NCBI RefSeq assembly: GCF_006345805.1
Contig: NC_043014.1
Location: 35,216,001-35,280,000 of the forward strand
Direction: 5' to 3'
Origin: Octopus sinensis
Taxonomy: Eukaryota
DNA length: 64,000 nt
Numbering within the stretch: the stretch's first letter is position 1; each line of letters starts with the position of its first letter. The position numbers were made by a program, and so were the translations under genes. This document shows positions 36,591 to 48,207 of this stretch, piece after piece. The notes below the pieces were generated by a model, which saw only the letters and a list, made by a program, of their open reading frames with translations, searched no databases and was not told where the DNA came from.

Positions 36591-37125
36591 AACAACACAG
36601 TGGAATCATTGGCAGCTATGTCTATGTGACAATATGACGACATTGTGAAGGCAGCATGCTGGCAGAATCATTACTGTGCCAGGCAAAATGCTTAGCGCCA
36701 TTTCCTCTCTCTTTACATTCTGAGTTCAAATTCCACTGAGGTTGATGTTGCCTTTTGGCTTTTTTGGGGTTGATGTAATCGACTAGTCCCTCTCCTCCCA
36801 CCCCTTGCATTTGTTGGGCTTGTGCCAAAATTTGAAGCTAATATGGCACTGTGAAAATGGATAAGTAGTATGAACATCTACTAAGCATTGTATGCGAGGA
36901 CAGCCTGGCTACAGTCATCTGAAACATGCTGGTCCAGATTGGTTACACGTATAGACATTTGATCCCTTCACACCAAAACATTGCTCTGAAGGAGGGGGAG
37001 TAACTGTCAAACTACCAAGGTCTGGAAATTGAAAGGAACAAGATGTGTGTCACAAAAGCGAAACCAGTATCAATAATAATTGATGCACTAGATTTAATAA
37101 TAATAATAGTACTAGTAGTACTAAT

Positions 37126-37162
<37 letters not shown>

Positions 37163-38609
37163 CTTTTCTAATAATGCGTTCTACTGTGGGTACAAAGCCT
37201 GAGATTTTTTGGGAGTGGTAGCTTGTCGATTATATTAATCCCAATGCACAGCTGGTACTTATTTCATTGACCCAGAAAAGATGAAAGGCAAAAGTTGACC
37301 TCAGCTGAATTTGAACTCAAAACAAAGTTGGATGAAATACTGAGAAGCATTTTTCCTGGCATACTAACAATTCTGCCAATTTGCTGCCTTTCCGTAATAA
37401 ACATGATAATGGTTTTAAATTTTGGCTCTAGGCTTGCTATTTTAGAGCAAAGAGTAAGTTGATTACATTGTCTCCTGTACTTGACTGTTACATATTTTAT
37501 CGACTCCAAAAGGAAAACTTGAACTCAGAACATGGAGACAAACAAAAAAAAGCAAAAAAAAAATGCCACAGAGAGCACTTTGGTCTTTAAGGATTCTGCC
37601 TGCTTACTTTATCAATAATAATACTAATTCTTTCCAATTTTGGCTCAAGGCCAGTTATTTAAAGAGGTGGGGTTAGTTGGTTACATTGACCTTAGTGCTC
37701 AACTGGTACTTATTTAATTGACCCTGAAAGGATGAAAGGCAAAGTCAACCTCAGCAGAATTTGAACTCAGAACTTAAAGATGGATGAAATGCTGCTAACC
37801 ATTTTCTCTGGCATGCTAATGGTTCTGCCTGCTCACTGCCTTTGATAGTAATTCTTTCTTCTTTATGCACACTGTGTGGTATTTATTTTATTGACCTTGA
37901 GGTGAGGCTGGCAACGGCAACGATCGGCATGTAAAAAGCACCATGCAATCGTGGCCGTTTGCCAGCCTTGTCTGGCACCTGTGCCGGTGGCACGTAAAAA
38001 GCACCCACTACACTCACGGAGTGGTTGGCGTTAGGAAGGACATCCAGCTGTAGAAACACTGCCAGATCAGACTGGGCCTGGTGCAGCCTTCTGGCTTCCC
38101 AGACCCCAGTCGAACCGTCCAACCCATGCTAGCATGGAAAGCGGATGCTAAACGATGATGATGATGATGATAAGGGGATTAAAGACAAAGTTGATCCTGA
38201 TGGAACTTGAGCTTAGAATGTAAACAGCCAACAGAAATGCCCTGAAGCATTTTTTTAATGTGCTGACGATTCTGCCACCCAAATAATTGCATTAATAATA
38301 ATAAAAACATGAACAGAAACATGGTTTGTATGTTGTCCCAAAATATTCCTACTGTGCTCCTCATGTCTATACCAAAGCATAATAAGTGGGAGGGCACTTT
38401 AGGATAATTTGTAATCATAGATGTACTATATACGGCTGGGTGGTGGGGAAATATCATTGGTCAGGTTGATCTGGAGGCAACAGGTGCAATAAAGTCAATT
38501 AAAAAAAAAACTTGAAAACTGAATTATCTCCCTTTGAGAACACTACCATAGTGGAAGTATTAAACTGAAACAGACTCATTCAAATTCAGCAGTGTCACTA
38601 TATGTATTT

Positions 38610-38845
38610 TAGAATTTTTGGAAGTGAGGAGTCGATATCCTCCACCATCATCACTACAAGAACTGGAGACTGTTTTAGCTGAAGAATGGACAAAAAAAAA
38701 ATTCCTTTGGAAACAATTAAAACTTTGCACAAGTCCATACCTCATAGAATACAAGCTGTAATTACTGCCAAAGGTGGTCCTACCCCATATTAAAATAAAT
38801 TTGTTTGAAGTTTAAGGTGTTTCCATTATTTTGTGCAACCCCTGT
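38610..38845 (+). mobile_element. Tc1-like transposase C-terminal remnant with right terminus
   Basis: RSRYPPPSSLQELETVLAEEW...IPLETIKTLHKSIPHRIQAVITAKGGPTPY*; ends ...CAACCCCTG|TA. Confidence 0.8.
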
Positions 38846-39081
38846 ATATCTGTATATGTATAGGTATACATGTGGGCTAAAATACTCATATTACTTTTTA
38901 CTATAATTGTAACATTACAAGCTGTAATTACTGCCAAAGCTGGTCCTACCCCATATTAAAATAAATTTGTTTGAAATTTAAGGTGTTTCCATTATTTTGT
39001 GCAACCCCTGTATATCTGTATATGTATAGGTATACATGTGGGCTAAAATACTCATATTACTTTTTACTATAATTGTAACAT
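38750..39081. repeat. Tandem duplication, 2 x 166 bp
   Basis: Units start at 38750 and 38916 (TACAAGCTGTAATTAC); two mismatches seen. Confidence 0.95.
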
Positions 39082-39114
39082 TACTCTTCTATTTCCATCC
39101 TTGAACTTTTGCAG

Positions 39115-39267
39115 CAGGCAGAAGACCAGAAGGCACGGGAAAAGATGAAAATTAAAGTAAAGGCAGTTGAAGAGGAGTTTATGAAACTTTTAGAGAAACT
39201 TGATGGGACTGTTTTGGAAGCTACAGACTACAGGACCAAACGAAAAGAACTTGTTATGAAAGTTCAG
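39115..39267 (+). CDS. BAG1: BAG1 exon 5, BAG domain helices 2-3 (alternative acceptor 39118)
   Basis: Encodes (Q)AEDQKAREKMKIKVKAVEEEFMKLLEKLDGTVLEATDYRTKRKELVMKVQ, similar to human VKATIEQFMKILEEID...RLKRKGLVKKVQ; donor CAG|GTAGAT. Confidence 0.93.
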
Positions 39268-39468
39268 GTAGATTAAAATTTGTGTATATGAATTGTTTAT
39301 CATCTGGTCAATTAACACATACACTATATGCTATATAGCCAAGCTTGTATGTATATATATATCGTATATATACAAGCTAGTATATATATATATTATATAT
39401 ATATGTATAATATATATATATATATATATATGTATATATGTGTACAATTGGCGATTTTTTTTTCCTAT

Positions 39469-39503
39469 GTTTCTGATGAAGAGCTCCGCTCGAGATGTAA
39501 AAC
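39469..39503 (+). ncRNA. Degenerate minimal hammerhead motif
   Basis: GUUU-CUGAUGA-A-GAGC(UCC)GCUC-GAGA-UG-UA^AAAC; GAAA is mutated to GAGA. Confidence 0.55.
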
Positions 39504-39602
39504 CCTCCTTCTTCTCTTCCTTCCTGCGTGTCCAATAATACTATATTTGTTCCACGTCCTCGCGTTGTTATGTTTTCTCTTTGTGTTTTTATGTTTGGAT
39601 TA

Positions 39603-39641
<39 letters not shown>

Positions 39642-40502
39642 TATCTAGTATATATATTTTCTGGCATATAAATTTTGCAGGCCAAAATTTACATCCAAAA
39701 AAAAGGTAGGTTGACTTATACACCTAAAAAGCTTCAGAACACCAACAATTCCAAGTGAAATACAGTAGGATTTGCTAAGATAGGGACAGTGTTTGAGTAT
39801 TTACACTGTATACTACATCAACTTATATGCTACAAAATATGGTTGGTGCAGGCATGGCTGCATGGTTAAGGAATTTGCTTCCCAGCTACATGATTTCAGG
39901 TTCAATCTCATTGTGCAGTACCTTGGGTTAGTGTCTTCTATTATAGCTCGAGGTTGGCCTCTGCCTTGTGAGGTAATTTGTGTATACAAATGCATGGCTG
40001 TGTAGTGAGAGGTTTGTTCCTTACCCACATGGTTCCTGGTTCAGTCTCACTGCATGACACCTTAGATGAGTGCCTTCTACCATAGCTCCATCTGACGAAA
40101 GCCTTGTTAGTGGATTTGGTTGATAGAAATTGAAAGAAGATTGTCGTATATATACATGCATATATATATATATAGGGTATGGTGAATGAATTGTCTAATA
40201 GATTATAAAAAAATGAAAATAACACTGACATCTTATTTTAACAGACATTCTTTTATTTGTTTCAGTCATTTGACTGTGGCCATGCTGGAGCACCACCTTT
40301 AGTCAAACAAATCGACCCCAGGACTTATTCTTTGTGAGCCTAGTACTTATCCTATTGGTCTCTTTTGGCGACCTGCTAAGTTACAGAGATGTAAACACAC
40401 CAACATCGGTTGTCAAGTGATGATGGGGTACAAACACAGACACACAAACATATACACACACACACACACACACACATACATACATACATAGATACATACA
40501 TA

Positions 40503-40566
<64 letters not shown>

Positions 40567-41879
40567 CAGCTGAAATTGCGAGGATGATTCAGTTCTTGAC
40601 TGAAGATTAGAGGCTTCAAATGACCCGTCCGTTTTTCGTATCGTCTATTTGAATGTTTTGCGTTCTTGTCCCATTTTGTATTTTTATATATATATATGCA
40701 CACATACATACACACACACATTTGTGTGTGTTTATATATACATATTTGTATGAGTTAATATTTAACTGTTGGGTATGTTCCTAGTCGTATGCTGATAAAG
40801 CACGTTCACTGTCTATGGCTACCTGGTGTTCTCTGAAGTGATTACACAATTGTCACCGGATCTACCTCAGAAACTCCTAAGTGCACATTGAGTATAAAAC
40901 AAATAATAGAGATGGAATGCACAGGAAGCTTTATTGCTTATCAGGATTGCTTCAACTCATCCTGCATTGATTGCTTGAAAGAAGCTGGTCATAATGTAAA
41001 TTTCATTGTTATGAATTTGAATTGGGAACTTGAGTTATAGTGAGTCTTTCATTAGCTGATTACACAACCATGGATACATTGCAGTTACTGTCTTGTTGAT
41101 CTTCTAAGTTTCCTCCACTCAGCATCAATTTAAGGAGCACCATTGGCTCAGTTGAGCTTTTCTGCTACCTCTTCACAATCCACCATGCTGCAGTCCCACG
41201 ACTTTGCTGTATCTCCGGCAGGGTGGATGAACAGGTGCTATGCCTTGCCAAAAAGCAGCCCATAACTATACGGGGCATGGCTGTTACTCAGAGTTGAGCA
41301 TTGTGATAAGACTGATTCAAAAGTTATGGAATGATATCTGTTAAAAATTTCAGTAAAGAATATTCCTGTTCCTTTCTTATTTCATCTCCTCAGCGAAATA
41401 ATGTGTGCGCTTGTATGTGTATCTGTCTGTTGGTCAGTCTGGTGTCTGTTGGTCGGCCAGTTGGTTAGTTGATCAATCGATAGAGATATAAATTGCATGT
41501 GTGTGTGTGTATGCAAAGCTGGGTGGATAAATTATTGGACTGATGATGAGCTCACCAATTTTGAGTTCAAATCTGCTGCAGGATTTCCATTATGCAGAAC
41601 ACTTGATTTTACATTACTTCAGTTATAGGTACCGTATCAGCCAAGAAATTTACCTATTGACTTGTATTCTATCCAGAGACATAAATTTGTGTATTTGTGA
41701 AGAAAGTCTCTTTAAGAGAGTGGTTTGTTTGATAGTAATGTTTACTTTGAACATTGTTTGTCCATTTTGCAATGATTGCACTAATCAACTGCTTGAAATA
41801 AACCAAATTTTTCTCAGTTCAAACCCTACCATCTTATAAAGAGAATTACACATTATTTATATATATATATATATATATA

Positions 41880-42147
41880 ACGTCACCTTACTGGCACCTG
41901 TGCTGATGGCATGTGTAAAAACATTCGAGCGAGGTCATTGCCAGTACTGCCTGACTGGCCCCCGTGTCGGTGGCACGTAAAAAGCACCTACTACACTCTC
42001 GGAGTGGTTGGCATTAGGAAGGGCATCCGGCTGTAGAAACTCTGCCAGATCAAGATTGGAGCCTGGTGCAGCCATCTGGTTTGCCAGCCCTCAGTCAAAA
42101 CCGTCCAACCCATGCTAGCATGGAAAGCGGACGTTAAACGATGATGA
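41880..42147 (+). mobile_element. Family D: RTE 3'-UTR-derived short element with (GAT)n tail
   Basis: Homologous to the RTE 3' end (GTTAGGAAGGGCATCCAGCTG). Other copies at about 7500-7910, 8335-8670, 24660-24890(-), 25380-25630, 32940-33280, 37905-38170 and 48945-49300(-). Confidence 0.85.
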
Positions 42148-42162
42148 AATGAATGAATGAAT

Positions 42163-45100
42163 ATCATCATCATCATCATCATCATCGTTTAACGTCCGTT
42201 CTCCATGCTAGCATGGGTTGGACGGTTCGACCGGGGATCTGGAAAGCCAGAAGGCTGCACCAGGCTCCAGTCTTATCTGGCAGTATTTCTACAGCTGGAT
42301 GCCCTTCCTAACGCCAACCACTCCGTGAGTGTAGTGGGTGCTTTTTACGTGCCACCTGCACAGGTGCCAGGCGAGGCTGGCAACGGCCACGGTCGGATTG
42401 GTGTATTTTATGTGACACCTGCACGGAAGCCAAATGAGGGGCTGCTGGCATCGGCCACGAGTCGGATAGTGCTTTTTACGTACCACCAGACCAGGGATCC
42501 TGGCTGGTTCAATTCGATTTCGCTTGCCCCAACATGTCTTCGCAAGCAAGGGGGTTGGCATGGGTGCCTGTCGTACAGTCAGATTGGTGTATTTTACGTG
42601 CCACCGGCACGGAAGCCAGTGGAGGCGGCGCTGGCATCGGCCACGAGTCGGATAGTGCTTTTTACGTACCACCAGACCAGGGATCCTGGCTGGTTCAATT
42701 CGATTTTTCGATTTCGCTTGCCCGAACATGTCTTCACAAGCAAAGGGGGTTGGCATGGGTGCCTGTCGTCGGATGAGGTTCTATATCGACTTCGCTTGCC
42801 TCAACAGGTCTTTGTGTCCAAGGGAGGAAAGGCATTCATAAGTGGGCTGGGCTCACTTGTCCTGCCTGGTCTTCTCACGTACAGAATATTTCCAAAGGTC
42901 TCGGTCGCTGGTCATTTCCTCAGTGAGGCCTAAAGTTCGAAGGTCGTGCTTCACCACCTCGTCCCAGGTTTTCCTGGGTCTACCTCTTCCACGGGTTCCC
43001 TCAACTGCTAAGGATTGGCACTTTCTCACACACCTATCTTCATCCATTCTCGCCACATGACCATACCAGCGCAATCGTCTCTCTGACACACCACAACTGA
43101 TGCCTCTTAGGTACAACATTTCTCTCAAGGTGCTAACGCTCTGTCGAGTATGTACACTGACATTACACATCCATCGGAGCATACTGGCTTCATTCCTCAC
43201 GAGCTTACGCATGTCCTCGGCAGTCACGGCCCATGTTTCACTGCCATGTAGCATGGCTGTTCGTACACACGCATCATACAGTCTGCCTTTTACTCTGAGC
43301 GAGAGGCCTTTAGTCACCAGCAGAGGTAAGAGCTCCCTAAACTTGCCCAGGCTATTCTTATTCTAGCAGTTACACTTTCAGCGCACCCACCCCCACTACT
43401 GACTTGGTCACCTAGATAACGGAAGCTATCAACTACTTCTAGTTTTTCCCCCTGGAAAGTGACGGAAGTTATTTTCTGCAGATTTTCGAAGGTTAATGCT
43501 CCAGAGCATTTGCCACATACAAAAACTATCTTCCCAGTTAGCCTACCTTTGACATTGCTGCACCTCTTATGTGTCCATAGCTTACACTGGGTACATCTTA
43601 TAGAGTTTCTACCTACACCTTTTCTACAGATCGAGCAGGGCCATCTTCCTGAAGACATTTGTGGATTGTCTACCTTCCTACTTATTAGTACTTTGGTTTT
43701 AGCTAGGTTGACTCTAAGCCCCTCGATTCTAAACCCTCCTTCCACACCTGGAACTTCTCCTCCAGCTCTGATAGTGACTCAGCAATAAGAGCAAGGTCGT
43801 CAGCGTAGAGGAGCTCCCAGGGACAACCTGTCTTGAATCCCTCCGTAATTGCCTGGAGGACTATGATAAATAGGAGGGGGCTGAGTACTGAACCCTGGTG
43901 GACCCCAACCTCTACTTTGAATTCTTCTGTGTACATGTTGCCAACCCTAACCTTACTTACGGCATCTCTGTACATGGCTTGCACAGTCCTCACCAGCCAT
44001 TCATCTATCCCCAGTTTCCTCATTGACCACCAGATAAGGGATCGGGGGACCCTATCAAAAGCTTTCTCCATGTCAACAAAAGCCAGGTACAGGGGCTTCT
44101 TTGGCTAGGTATTTCTCCTGCAGCTGCCTTACCAGGAATATAGCATCAGTGGTACTTTTCCCTGGCACGAACCCAAACTGCATCTCATCTAAACTAACTC
44201 TCTCTCTAATTAGTTGGGCTATGACCCTCTCCGTAACCTTCATTACTTGATCCAACAGCTTGATACCTCTGTAATTATTTGTATCTAGGGCATCACCTTT
44301 ACCTTTGTAGCAGTTGACTAGTGTGCTGCTACACCAGTCATTGGGTATGACTCCTTCGTGTATCACCTGGTTGACTATACGGGTGACCAGGCTGTAGCCG
44401 ACACTGCCAGATATTTTGAGCATCTCTGCAGTAATTCCTGATGGGCCTGGGGCTTTCCCTGTCTTCATGCTTCTAATTGCCTTAGCTACCACGGAACTAT
44501 CAACTCGGATAGCTGGTCCCTCTGTTGGGTCAACATTCGGCAGACTCTCTTTATCCCATTCATTTTCTTTATTCAGCAACCTTTCATAGTGGCATCTCCA
44601 AACCTCTCTCTTTGCATCCTCATTTAGCGCAAGTGAACCATCATCCATGCGAACACACTTCTCTCCTACCACATCACGATTCTCTCTCACACACTGTCTT
44701 GCAACACGAAATACCTCAAGTCTTTCATCCTCACGGCTCAGAATATTGGCAAATTTTTTCTTATCCGCTTCCCCTCTGGCTAGATAAACTGTCTCCTAGC
44801 TTCCCTTCTGGCTGTCTGATACAATTCCCTGCTACCACCATTCTTCCAGTCCTTCCAAGCCTGTCTCTTTTGTCTAATAGCCCTGTCAACCACAGTGTTC
44901 CACCACCATGTTACTCTGGGTCGAGATGGTACTTTGCTCCATCCACAGATCTGGTCAGTGGCTGTCAGCAGATTGTCCCGTAGGAATCTCCAGTTGTCTT
45001 CCACATTTAGTGAAGCTATATCCCCTTCTATTTCGTCAAAGGCCTCGAGTAGTATGTCTCTAAATCTCTGTCCATTTGCAGGATCTTTAAGCTCCCAGAC

Positions 45101-45740
45101 CCTTCTCCTCCAAGCTGGTCTTCTTCTGGGCAACCATTTAGCTCTGATCCTGAAGTCGCTAACCACTAATCTATGTTGGGGAGTACATTCTTCGCCTGGA
45201 AAGGTTTTGGCATTTATAATCAGCCCTCTTTCCCTTTTTCTGGCAAGGATGTAGTCAATCTGGCTGGTGTGTCTGCCAGAACGGTAGGTGACTAGGTGAG
45301 AGGTGGGTTTCCTGAAGTTGGTATTGCAGACCATAAGGTCATTTGCATCGCAGAACTCCAGCAGCCTGGTTCCCTCCTCATTACGAGAGCCAAAACCATA
45401 GCCTCCATGGACGCCATGGAAGCCCCCGACATGTCGTCCAACATGTCCATTGAAATCACCTGCCACGAAGAGAAGGTCACTGTCATTTGTCAATGAGGTA
45501 GTCCGCAATAGGGTGTCATAGAATTGGTCTTTTTGTCCTTCCGGTAGCCCTGGTTGAGGGGCATATGCCGAGATGATGGTAGCTGTCCTATGGTGAAGGA
45601 CTAATCTAATTTTAATTATTCTGTCACTTACTCTGACTACCTCGATTACCTTACCTACCCATTTCTCCGCAAGAAGTATACCCACGCCCCCGACCCCGTC
45701 AGTGTTCCCTGCCCAGAAAATCTTGTACCTGTGTTCCTTA
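42163..45740 (-). mobile_element. RTE-clade LINE, 5'-truncated inside the endonuclease
   Basis: Five consecutive ORF pieces with AGDFNGHVG, QIDYIL, GKAPGPSG, QFGFVPGKST, VHQGSVLSPLLF, YADD and RLRWYGHV; long 3' UTR ending in (GAT)n. Confidence 0.93.
42396..42769. repeat. Tandem duplication (~186-nt unit) in the RTE 3' UTR
   Basis: GATTGGTGTATTTTA starts at 42396 and 42582. Confidence 0.9.
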
Positions 45741-45828
45741 TATATATATATATATATATATAATATAAATTCTTGATAAATTGTTATTGTCTATTTATGA
45801 TTGATTGCTTTCTTTTTCCATTTTTCAG

Positions 45829-45891
45829 GGCCTTCTACAACGTTGTGACTGTCTTACTGAAATGTTAAACATCTGTCCTGCCACCGTGTGA
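45829..45891 (+). CDS. BAG1: BAG1 exon 6, terminal coding part
   Basis: Acceptor TTTCCATTTTTCAG. Encodes GLLQRCDCLTEMLNICPATV then TGA TGA, similar to human AFLAECDTVEQNIC. Confidence 0.88.
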   Translation, partial: GLLQRCDCLTEMLNICPATV

Positions 45892-46170
45892 TGAGTTTTT
45901 GCATAGAGTTTCATCATCGCTCATCTTCTGTTTCTCATCTTGTCCACCTTCACGACATTTTGCTCATTTCATTGTGTTTCTTCCAACTTGTCTTTCCACC
46001 CTAATATCTTGAATGTCAGGTAGTTGATAGAATTCCTTCATCATTACTAATTACTTGTTAACCGTCTGTTTTGTATTAGCATCTGTCTTACGTACATTAT
46101 GGTGTGCTCCCAAATTTTTAACAGCTAGGACACGTTATTAAAATTTTTAAAGTTGGTCCCTTAAATTACG

Positions 46171-46176
46171 AATAAA
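46171..46176 (+). terminator. Candidate BAG1 polyadenylation signal
   Basis: First AATAAA about 280 nt after the stop; other AATAAA motifs lie further downstream. Confidence 0.3.
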
Positions 46177-46775
46177 AATTAACCAAAGCTTTTGTATAAG
46201 AAAATTTCTGAATTTAGCCAATCAGTGTTGCTTCATTAATATATATTGATTTTTGGGTAAAATCTGTAACCCAGGGAAACTGGCGATGGTCTGTGTCAGC
46301 TTAAAAATCATTGAATATGAGGAGCAGAAGATAAGTGAAGTTTATTTTGTGTGAGGCTTGTAGAAGATAATATTTTATTGCTTTGGTTGTTTGTTTGAGT
46401 GTGAATTGAAGATATAGGATTAGATTTGGTGGGGAGGGTGTTTGCCATGTAAGAGGAGTGGTATAAGAGAGTGAGAAACCAAGGAATTGAGGTGGTGAAG
46501 GATAGTAAACACGTCAGATAGAATGATAGATAAACTTAGCTTAAACCCAAGAACAGATACAGTTAAGATAATGTGGTCAAGGTATATAATAGGAAAAGGG
46601 ACAAGAAGGCAGATAGGTGCAATACATAAAACCTCCATAAATAGTTATAGTGATGGGTTATAGTAATGCAGGGAGTGAAAGGGACTGATGGTATAAGAGT
46701 AGAGGCTAAACAACAGAAGATAGAGAAGGAACACACATGCAAATACAGTATTACATTCACACGTACTATCTACAC

Positions 46776-46809
<34 letters not shown>

Positions 46810-47930
46810 TCATATTTCTGTGTATCTGTCCAGATAAATAAAGATACTCGTGTACATTTTTTTTTTAATTCTCATTATGGCAAATTAGCTTTATAAATTT
46901 TTTTACACATTTAACATTAAAATGGAAAAGTTTACACGGCAATTAATAATTATATATTTCACTTTTAAATGTGAGAAAGCCAATTAAATTTCTACCGCAA
47001 AGTGTTATTTGATTCAGTGGCTTGATTGGCTTTCTAACTCTTTTGAGTAGCTCTCTCTTCAGTGTCCAATAAAAACTGGTTTTTAATTAACAACAACAAC
47101 AACAACATTCCCAACTGATTCATGATAAGGAGCTCCACTTCTTCACCAACACACACACACATCTATATATATATACCTGTATACAAATCTCTCTATCTCT
47201 CTCTCTGTATATATTATATTATTAATTTATATCTATGAATGTATCTTTCTCTCTCTACACACTCTCACACACAAATTGTTTATTGTATGTTCTGTCCATA
47301 AAGCATTTGCCTGTGGTCTGATGTTATTCTACAGCTTACACTGTTTCATGTTTTGTAGTAACTGTCTACACGAACCTCTCTAATTTTTAAAAATATTTTT
47401 AATTTTTAGAGAGAGTCTATCTTAGAATTAGCAATGTTTATGTAAATTGAAACACTACCACCAAGACACTGGCTCAACAGTGTCTTGGTAGCAGTGCCTT
47501 CTTAGATTGAAACACCCTCACCAAGATGGGAAATTCAACAGTATCCCTTTACGTTGAAACACTGTCTACATGTTGACCTATGTCTTTCTTATTTTGTAAC
47601 ATTGTCTGCTCTGCCACTCCTCAGCATTTCCTTCTTTACCAAACAATGTCTACATCAGGTTCAGCTGTCTCTTCTTATACTGAGACATTGTCTACTGTAT
47701 AGTCAGCAATATGTCCTTGGTATAAACAATACTATCTGCTGCCTATACACAGATCACACTGTGTTCATAAATGAATTGTGTATTTTATCAACATTGTTTC
47801 TTTGTAGACAAATAAAAAAACTGATTAAAAATTGATCTTAAAATGCTAATACATTTTTATCTTTATCTGTACATATGTGTATATATTCTTCTGCAATATG
47901 TGTCTGTGTGTATCTATATCTATATCTATA

Positions 47931-48058
47931 TATAATTAGGGTTCAGTAAAAAAATTTACTTTACCACACACCGAACTTTTAGAAATAGCAGCCAAAAAAT
48001 TTTAGCTAAAAAATTTTAGAAATAGCAGCCAAAATTTTTTTACTGAACCCTAATTATA
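47931..48058. mobile_element. Small MITE with 27-bp TIRs
   Basis: TATAATTAGGGTTCAGTAAAAAAATTT / AAATTTTTTTACTGAACCCTAATTATA; internal duplication TTTTAGAAATAGCAGCCAAAA. Confidence 0.8.
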
Positions 48059-48168
48059 TAACGTAATGTTTTAAATATACCATAAATGGTCTTTTTACAT
48101 ACTGAACACTTGGTAAAATTATTAATTAATAATTAATTAATTTTACTCTTTTATTATTGACAATATAT

Positions 48169-48207
<39 letters not shown>

